DNA of 13,969 nucleotides from Chlamydiales bacterium (GTDB lineage Bacteria; Chlamydiota; Chlamydiia; Chlamydiales; JBDQID01): NCBI GenBank assembly GCA_047611865.1, contig JBLFWS010000086.1, positions 1 to 13,969 of the forward strand, read 5' to 3'. Shown piece by piece: positions 8,114 to 13,969 of this stretch (position 1 is its first letter; each line of letters starts with the position of its first letter). The notes under the pieces were generated by a model. It saw only the letters and a program-made list of their open reading frames with translations, ran no database searches and was not told where the DNA came from. The position numbers and the translations under genes were made by a program.

Positions 8114-8736
8114 TGTTACAATTTCCCAAACAGATTTTTGTTACAGGAACGGATACCGAAGTAGGAAAAACCGTAGTTTCTGCCATGCTGACTCTAGGCC
8201 TCCGCGCAGCTTATTGGAAACCTATACAATCTGGACCAGAGACAGATACTAACTGGCTAAGGACTCATACAGAACTCCCTGAAAAACACTTTTTCCCCGA
8301 AAGACATCACCTACAAACGCCCCTGTCCCCTCACGCAGCAGCAGAAATAGATGGCTGCTCCATTCATCTAGATGACTTTCACTTACCCGAGGCCAAAGAC
8401 TTCCCCCATTTGGTAGTAGAAGGCTGTGGTGGCTTGCTCGTTCCTTTGAACCAGAAAGGCGACTTTGTCCTCGACCTCGTCGGAAAATGGAAGATGCCTA
8501 CTGTTGTTGTCAGCAGAAGTGGACTCGGAACCATCAACCACACCCTATTGACGCTGAGTCAACTCCGCGCAAGAAATATCCCTGTCATAGGAGTTGTGAT
8601 GAATGGACTAAAAAATCCCGGCAACAAAGCCGCTATTGAAAAGTATGGAAATGTAAAAGTTATTGGTGAAATTGAAGCACAGGACTCTTTTTCTCCCCAA
8701 ACCTTAAAAAAACTTTATCAACAACTAAGAGCGTAA
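8113..8736 (+). CDS. bioD: Dethiobiotin synthetase
   Basis: FVTGTDTEVGKT P-loop, WKPIQSG, SPHAAA, VEGCGG, LGTINHT. The real start is the coupled ATG8113 (TAATG), not GTG8014. Confidence 0.96.
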   Translation: MLQFPKQIFVTGTDTEVGKTVVSAMLTLGLRAAYWKPIQSGPETDTNWLRTHTELPEKHFFPERHHLQTPLSPHAAAEIDGCSIHLDDFHLPEAKDFPHLVVEGCGGLLVPLNQKGDFVLDLVGKWKMPTVVVSRSGLGTINHTLLTLSQLRARNIPVIGVVMNGLKNPGNKAAIEKYGNVKVIGEIEAQDSFSPQTLKKLYQQLRA

Positions 8737-8742
8737 AATACT

Positions 8743-10041
8743 ATGACATTATTATCTCAAAAAACCTATCCCGTATGGCATCCTAATACACAAAAACGCT
8801 TTCAAGAAGTACCCAAAAAAATCAAGTCCGCACATGGAGCTTACCTGGAAATTGAAGACGGACAAAAGGTCCTCGATATGACCTGTAGCTGGTGGGTGAC
8901 TCTTCATGGACACACACAACCCGAAATTGCAGAAGCTATCTACAAGCAAGCCCTCTCCTTTGAACAAGTACTCTTTGCCAACTTCACCCATGAACCTGCA
9001 ATAGAGCTCTCCCGTGGACTTCTGCGACACCTGCCCGATCACTTTGCTAAAGTCTTTTTCTCTGACAATGGATCTACTGCTGTTGAAGTAGCCCTAAAAA
9101 TGGCATTCCAATACTGGCAAAACAAAGGAGAGAAAAAACGCTCTCGTTTTCTTAGCTTTGAAAATGCCTACCATGGCGATACTGTTGGAGCTATGTCCGT
9201 TAGCTCCCGCTCCATATTCACTAATGTTTTTGAACCCTTACTCTTCGACGTTGATCAAGTACCATTTCCCTCTACCTTTGACAACGACCCCGACGTGGAA
9301 GAAAAAGAGCAACAGTGCCTTGAGGCTTTCCGAACTCTTGTTCAAAAAAACAAGGGCGAATACGCCGCCTTTATTATGGAACCTCTAATTCAAGGTGCTG
9401 CTGGGATGCGCATGTGTCGTCCCGAATTTCTACGCGCTCTTGAGGCTATTACGAAAGAAGAAGATATCCTCACAATCTACGACGAAGTTTTCGTTGGTTT
9501 CGGTAGAACAGGCGAATTGTTTGCCTGTTCAAAAGCACAAACGACTCCGGATATCATTTGTCTTTCGAAAGGTATAACTGGTGGCTTCCTCCCCCTTTCC
9601 GCAACTATCTGTAGTGAAAATATTTACGAAGCCTTCTACCAAGATGATCCTATGAAGACCTTCTTTCACGGTCATTCTTACATGGCTAATCCTCTGGGAT
9701 GCGCAGCTGGTGTCGCCTCCCTCAAGCTGTTAGAAGATAATCCGAATGCTTTTCAACGATTAGAGGTACTCCACCGTCTCTATAGTAAAGTACTCCAAAA
9801 CAACCCTCGTGTGCAGCAGCTGCGTTTTTGTGGAAGCATAGTCGCCTTTGACGTAATTACAGAAGAGGATGATGGTTACATGAACGCTGTGAGCGTTGTA
9901 CTAAGAGAAAAGTGCATGGAAAAAGGTGTTTATATTCGCCCTCTTGGAAACACCGTATATCTCGTCCCCCCCTATTGCATTACAGAAGAAGAGCTGGCTT
10001 CTGTATATGAAGTACTTGCGTCGGTTTTGCTGGAGCTCTAA
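8743..10041 (+). CDS. bioA: Adenosylmethionine-8-amino-7-oxononanoate (DAPA) aminotransferase
   Basis: VWHP, SWWVTLHGH, FSDNGSTAVEVALKMA, YHGDT, EPLIQGAAGM, DEV..GFGRTG, SKGITGG, HGHSY..NPL, IRPLGN..Y..PPY. Confidence 0.97.
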   Translation: MTLLSQKTYPVWHPNTQKRFQEVPKKIKSAHGAYLEIEDGQKVLDMTCSWWVTLHGHTQPEIAEAIYKQALSFEQVLFANFTHEPAIELSRGLLRHLPDHFAKVFFSDNGSTAVEVALKMAFQYWQNKGEKKRSRFLSFENAYHGDTVGAMSVSSRSIFTNVFEPLLFDVDQVPFPSTFDNDPDVEEKEQQCLEAFRTLVQKNKGEYAAFIMEPLIQGAAGMRMCRPEFLRALEAITKEEDILTIYDEVFVGFGRTGELFACSKAQTTPDIICLSKGITGGFLPLSATICSENIYEAFYQDDPMKTFFHGHSYMANPLGCAAGVASLKLLEDNPNAFQRLEVLHRLYSKVLQNNPRVQQLRFCGSIVAFDVITEEDDGYMNAVSVVLREKCMEKGVYIRPLGNTVYLVPPYCITEEELASVYEVLASVLLEL

Positions 10042-10060
10042 GTCCGAGCTAAAGCTCTAA

Positions 10061-10107
10061 AGGAGAACAGAATGAGAATAGAATAGAATCCTTTTCCTGT
10101 TCCTCCT
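10061..10107 (+). terminator. Imperfect hairpin after bioA, possible terminator
   Basis: AGGAGAACAG pairs with CTGTTCCTCCT (one bulge) around a loop containing GAATA repeats. There is no clear U-tract. Confidence 0.3.
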
Positions 10108-10150
10108 AGTGCTCTGTCAAGCTTAAGATCGAGAGTTGACAGAGCACTAG
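10106..10150. repeat. Perfect 15-bp inverted repeat bounded by CTAG (MITE-like remnant and/or terminator)
   Basis: CTAGTGCTCTGTCAA(10106-10120)-N15-TTGACAGAGCACTAG(10136-10150), followed by TTT. Confidence 0.85.
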
Positions 10151-10151
10151 T

Positions 10152-10180
10152 TTGACAAAGAACAAAAATCACTCTAAAAT
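10152..10180 (+). promoter_or_regulatory. Near-consensus sigma70/sigma66 promoter
   Basis: TTGACA(10152-10157)-N17-TAAAAT(10175-10180). Confidence 0.75.
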
Positions 10181-10211
10181 TGAGTCAGGGATTCCAATGA
10201 GAGTGATTTTT

Positions 10212-11339
10212 ATGCCAAGTATAGGTTCAGCTAATCCACAAGGTCCAGATCGTCATTCCGACTTTCCTCATACAAAGAAGGAAGAAAATTTTCTCCAAAA
10301 GAATGAAATCGCCTATTCTCACGATGACATCCTAGAGTTTTGTGGAAATGCTGCTACTCGTCTTCTTGATAACAATCAGAAACTAGAAAAGTCATGGCGT
10401 AGCAGCAAAGAACTCATTACGAGAAATATTGTAGTAAGGGACAAGCCTACAAATATCACTTACAACCTCCAAGTCCACACAGATGTAAATCGCTCGCAGT
10501 TTTCCATCGACTGTTCCGACGATAAAATGAAAAAATTGGGTACAACTCTTAGCAGGTCTAAAAAACTTTGGGATTCAGCTCGTAAAAATGGCGGTGAGCT
10601 TAGAAAAAAAATCAAGGAAATGAAAAAACAGAATGAAATGAAATTGTATCAGTACAAACGAGATGCAGAAAATTTTATCGAAGCCTTTAAAGACGAGTCA
10701 AGCAGAATTTCTGAGCTTTCTGAAGCGAAAAGGATGAAACCTCTCCATGAATTACAGAACAAAATGGAAGTATTTTCACACAAGGAAATCTCTACCAAAG
10801 AAACCTTTGCTTCAGATCAGGAAAGTCTATCGAGAGAAATAAGTAATCTAATTGAGTCTCAAAAAGAAGAGGACTCTACCTTGGAAGAATACAGAAACCT
10901 CGTTATTTCTGGTTTATATGAACATGCTTTAGAGGAGTCTTCTCTCGGCAAAAGTGCATTTCAAGGTAGGCCCGATGAGCTTATGTCCGTACTCACACAA
11001 ACTCTCCAGCAAGGGGCTCTAGCCGAGGTCTTTCAAGGGACACTAAGCAAACTTCAGAACGATTCTGGACTCCCCTTCGTCACTCTAACAGGCCAAAAAG
11101 CTGATGGTCTATATGAAATAAACTTATCTCGTGACCCTGAAAGTGGCTCTCTAATTGGTAGGCTTCGCAGCACTTGCACCATTAATTCGATGAAGGAGGT
11201 TTACAATAAAGAATTTGACGAATTTGAAGATGTAAAACACCCTATCGGAAAGGTCGCACTCGAAGTCTTTATGAATTATACAGAAAACACCGTCACCTAC
11301 AAAGCTTCCGGATTTACTGAGCAATACGAGGGCCCTTAA
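10212..11339 (+). CDS. Hypothetical protein with a central coiled-coil region, possible secreted effector
   Basis: Long ORF. The TTG10152 start is the -35 box, so the start is more likely ATG10212 (or ATG10197). N terminus is S/P/G-rich (MPSIGSANPQGP), the middle is K/E-rich and helical, and the C terminus is beta-like. No family recognised. Confidence 0.75.
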   Translation: MPSIGSANPQGPDRHSDFPHTKKEENFLQKNEIAYSHDDILEFCGNAATRLLDNNQKLEKSWRSSKELITRNIVVRDKPTNITYNLQVHTDVNRSQFSIDCSDDKMKKLGTTLSRSKKLWDSARKNGGELRKKIKEMKKQNEMKLYQYKRDAENFIEAFKDESSRISELSEAKRMKPLHELQNKMEVFSHKEISTKETFASDQESLSREISNLIESQKEEDSTLEEYRNLVISGLYEHALEESSLGKSAFQGRPDELMSVLTQTLQQGALAEVFQGTLSKLQNDSGLPFVTLTGQKADGLYEINLSRDPESGSLIGRLRSTCTINSMKEVYNKEFDEFEDVKHPIGKVALEVFMNYTENTVTYKASGFTEQYEGP

Positions 11340-12087
11340 GAAGTCCCAGAATCGTTGTCCGTCTTTTCTCTTTAACCCTTTGGATAAAGGGGTCGTTTGA
11401 GACTCCCAAACCAATGATACTACCCACCGTGTTCCCACTCTTAGTCGATATATCGACATTTACATGATGATTCATAAGTAAGTTCACCATTCTTACCGAA
11501 CTATAAAATGATGCTCTATGCAAAGGAGTCGTAAACTCTGTATCCTCTCTAAGCTGACTAACATTTGGATTAGTACCCGCTTTTAACAACAGTTCCATCT
11601 GAGGAAGTAATTCATCACAGGTTTCTGTCAGATTTATAAGTATGGGTGTGTTGTGTAAACTTGGGCGTGGAGCATCAAGATCATGAGATAAGCGTTCGAT
11701 CTTCTCATCAGTCGTCCTTACAGAAGATTCTGGAAATAGGCGTTCAGGACTATCTGTCCCTATCTCAGCTGAGGCTTCTGCATGGGATATCGCGAGATAG
11801 ATCTTCTGAATAGACGGAGAGTGAAATTCTTTGACCATTTGATAATTTGATTGTCTCTCGGATAAAAGCGCTTTTGCCCTATCAGGGATAGTATTTTGAA
11901 CCTTAGACCAATACCTGCATACCGAACCAGCCTGAACCAAGTCTTTTGCATTCAAATAAGTGAATACGCTCTCCAACAAATCTGTGGGTAGCTCATTGAG
12001 CTTTCTTGATTTTGCTTGAACCTCCGATAAGGGCAGACAAATAGAAAGCTTCTGAAGAGTCCCGGCCCATGCTGATAACTGAGTCAT
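11314..12087 (-). CDS. F-box and ankyrin-repeat protein
   Basis: F-box LNELPTDLLESVFTYLNAKDLVQAGSVCRYWSKV (aa 30-63). Ankyrin signatures MELLLKAGTNPN and TPLHRAS...MVNLLMNHHVNVD.STKSGNT (aa ~146-220). Confidence 0.88.
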   Translation of the reverse strand: MTQLSAWAGTLQKLSICLPLSEVQAKSRKLNELPTDLLESVFTYLNAKDLVQAGSVCRYWSKVQNTIPDRAKALLSERQSNYQMVKEFHSPSIQKIYLAISHAEASAEIGTDSPERLFPESSVRTTDEKIERLSHDLDAPRPSLHNTPILINLTETCDELLPQMELLLKAGTNPNVSQLREDTEFTTPLHRASFYSSVRMVNLLMNHHVNVDISTKSGNTVGSIIGLGVSNDPFIQRVKEKRRTTILGLLKGPRIAQ

Positions 12088-12357
12088 AACTTACTTACCC
12101 TGTTAATTTTACTGTTCCTACAAGAACACCCCCAAGTGATTTAACAGTAAATAATTAAGCGAATTCCGAGTGCAACTTTTAAATAAGGTAAATTATCTTT
12201 TTGGGTAGCACTAATTTCAAATCGTACTGCAATTTCAACTTGTAATAAGTGAAACGTAAAATTTTTCAGAACGCCAGAGGCGTAGCATTATGTAGGCCGG
12301 GTATTTCAGGTTTGTGTAAATTATATTGAGCTGCGGCAGCTGCGACACTTAAAAAAG

Positions 12358-12432
12358 ATAGGGGTAGGGATGGATTTCGCCACCCCTCCCTCCGAACCGC
12401 ACGTGCGCTATTAACGCATACCAATCTCCAGT
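12358..12432 (-). mobile_element. Degenerate group II intron 3' fragment (domains V and VI, IIB-like end)
   Basis: The minus strand reads ACTGGAGATTGGTATGCGTTAATAGCGCACGTGCGGTTCGGAGGGAGGGGTGGCGAAATCCATCCCTACCCCTAT. This matches the DV pattern GAGCCG.ATGCG...CGCACGT.CGGTTC, plus DVI with a branch A at -8 (12365) and an AY 3' end (12358). Confidence 0.88.
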
Positions 12433-12443
12433 TAGTAGTTTCC

Positions 12444-13253
12444 TCATCGGGATCGACACGCTAGCTCTAGGACTCTGGCTTTTTCCATTGTGAAGAGTCC
12501 TAAATTCGCGAAGAATGCATTTGGCCAAGCCTTGTGATCTAACCATGAAACAAGGGTATTCTGCTCGCTTTCCTCTAGAAAATCAAATAAGGCTTCATTT
12601 TTTGAGCTTTGAATAATATGGTCGAAAGAAAAAACTAAGGAGCTTTCGGTATCTACCTGCAATTTAGTTCTACCTTTTACGTTCGGGCAATGGGCTTTAA
12701 AGATTCTTTCTACACCTGCTTCCTCCAGAGCTGTAAAAACCCCTTCCAGTTCATCAGAATCTGCACCGTCCATAATAAAACACTGCCAAGATCCATCCTT
12801 CAGCTCCAGGTCAAGACCTGTGTAATGATTGGCTACACTTCTAGTCATAACCTGCAAACGACGATTGCCTCCGTCACCAGCTTTTAAAGATACTTTGTTT
12901 AAGAAAGACGTGAGATCCCGGGTAGGGAGTACATGAGCGTCAAAACGACTACCCTTTTCTTTACGCTTAGAGTCGGTTAAATGAATTAGAAGGCGCAGCG
13001 ATTGATCTCTATTCTTAGGACCGCTCGGGAATTGATTGCGGCATACGTCTGTTACGATTTCTGCCGTTTCTCCATTAAGTAAGTCGTTAAAATTTATTAC
13101 TCTTTCGTCATTTAAAATATTGGCAACTGTTTCTACAAACTTGGGACTAGCTGGACCAACCGTGGAATATTTTTCCTTTAGGTGAGACAAAGAAAGCTCT
13201 TTTACATCCCTAAGTAAACAATTGAGGAATTCGGGCTTTGCGATTCTTTTCAT
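12444..13253 (-). CDS. YopJ/AvrA-like (CE-clan fold) protein, catalytic Cys replaced by Ser; possibly a pseudogene fragment
   Basis: HYTGLDLELKDGSWQCFIMD (H143, D162) and LQVDTESSLVFSFDH (Q199, S205) parallel YopJ HFSVID...LFE and IQRSSSECGIFS. No RBS is evident before ATG13253. Confidence 0.65.
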   Translation of the reverse strand: MKRIAKPEFLNCLLRDVKELSLSHLKEKYSTVGPASPKFVETVANILNDERVINFNDLLNGETAEIVTDVCRNQFPSGPKNRDQSLRLLIHLTDSKRKEKGSRFDAHVLPTRDLTSFLNKVSLKAGDGGNRRLQVMTRSVANHYTGLDLELKDGSWQCFIMDGADSDELEGVFTALEEAGVERIFKAHCPNVKGRTKLQVDTESSLVFSFDHIIQSSKNEALFDFLEESEQNTLVSWLDHKAWPNAFFANLGLFTMEKARVLELACRSR

Positions 13254-13434
13254 ATTGTAGGAATCAAAAAAAAAAGTAATTTGTCAGCGATCTAAACAAA
13301 GTATTTTTAAATTCTTGAGCGTTCCCAGAGTTTTTGAGAGTCGATATATCCTTCGCAAAATGGTCTTTCCAAGAATCATCAAGTTCTTCTTTCAGATAAG
13401 TTTTTGAAAATAGACGTGAGTCAGGAACAGCATC
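13254..13434 (-). pseudogene. Frameshifted upstream extension of the YopJ-like gene
   Basis: The stop-free frame DAVPDSRLFSKTYLKEELDDSWKDHFAKDISTLKNSGNAQEFKNTLFRSLTNYFFF joins DSYN-MKRIAK in frame if the A10 run (13266-13275) were A9. It is bounded upstream by TAA at 13437-13435. Confidence 0.5.
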
Positions 13435-13555
13435 TTAGTGATCTTGAGAAAAAATCCTGAATATAAGTAATCGTAGAGAAGAGTAAAGAAGTGTTTGGGG
13501 TCTTTATACTCAATGCAGGTCAGTTTGACCCTCGTCTGCACCAATATTTTTCCCT

Positions 13556-13618
13556 CTGTGGAAGTGTGGAGATCTTAGCTACTTTCTAAGTATGCTGTAG
13601 ATCTCTACACTCCCACAG
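13556..13618. repeat. 63-nt near-perfect hairpin
   Basis: CTGTGGAAGTGTGGAGATCT(13556-13575) pairs with AGATCTCTACACTCCCACAG(13599-13618) at 18/20 positions, with inner pairing TACTT/AAGTA. Confidence 0.8.
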
Positions 13619-13732
13619 ACAAAAAAATCTTGGCACATCCATGCATCAAACTAACCCGCACTAAGTATATACCAAAACACCCCAAAAGACGGCGTTGTTG
13701 CATAATTTAATACGTTTACAATCATTTATTTA

Positions 13733-13849
13733 ACCACAGAGAGCACCGAGAACACAGAGAGATAGAAAAATGCATAAAGTCTCTCAGAATATGCTATCAA
13801 CTGATCTGTGATTTTTTATTTTCTCTGTGCCCTCTGTGATCTCGGTGGT
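13733..13849. repeat. Inverted arrays of 9-bp CAC(A/C)GAGNN units (MITE-like element)
   Basis: Left arm AC-CACAGAGAG-CACCGAGAA-CACAGAGA (13733-13760). Right arm TCTCTGTG-CCCTCTGTG-ATCTCGGTG-GT (13822-13849). About 60 bp of non-coding sequence lies between them. Confidence 0.85.
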
Positions 13850-13969
13850 AAAATTTAATCATAAGCCTCTTGTAGACGCATGTTTTATGCAAAAACTCCC
13901 CAAAAGACTGATTTATGCGCAAGCACTCCCACAAAGTTCTTCAACTTTAGCTTTCATCGGAATGAGTCC

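Noticed and set aside
10152..10196. TTG start of the 395-aa ORF
   Set aside because: The TTG is the -35 hexamer of a near-consensus promoter, so translation likely starts downstream.
12349..12546. 65-aa minus-strand ORF ending ...HVRFGGRGGEIHPYPYLF
   Set aside because: It is a translation of group II intron DV/DVI RNA and overlaps the YopJ-like ORF. It is not an RT/maturase.
52..12887. Other short ORF-track entries (52-249, 774-1172, 1372-1683, 1923-2243, 2338-2550, 3231-3428, 6013-6201, 8752-9042, 9158-9388, 9395-9577, 11151-11459, 11760-11951, 12690-12887)
   Set aside because: They are antisense or alternate-frame shadows of well-supported genes with no independent coding signal.
13556..13936. 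CRISPR array or tRNA in the repeat-rich right end
   Set aside because: The repeats are inverted or degenerate with no regular repeat-spacer period, there is no cloverleaf or T-loop motif, and no cas genes are present.

Overview
AT-rich bacterial window. Its content (eukaryote-like effector domains, a TTGACA-type promoter, a compact bio operon) suggests an intracellular symbiont such as an environmental Chlamydiota; this is inference only. From left to right: (1) the 3' part and right end of an IS66-family element; (2) a ~1053-aa membrane GT2 glycosyltransferase that follows the motifs of animal Egghead/BRE-3 beta-1,4-mannosyltransferases in order, but has two large helical insertions and N/C extensions; (3) an orphan PapD-like pilus chaperone; (4) a biotin operon bioF-(BioH/BioK-like esterase::BioC fusion)-bioD-bioA without bioB; (5) a CTAG-bounded palindrome and a near-consensus promoter for a coiled-coil hypothetical protein; (6) an F-box+ankyrin protein; (7) a degenerate group II intron 3' end (domains V-VI); (8) a YopJ/CE-clan-like gene with Ser at the catalytic Cys position and an apparent frameshift in an A10 run; (9) two long inverted-repeat elements, one built from CACAGAG 9-mers. 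All family calls come from recognising motifs by eye; no searches were run.
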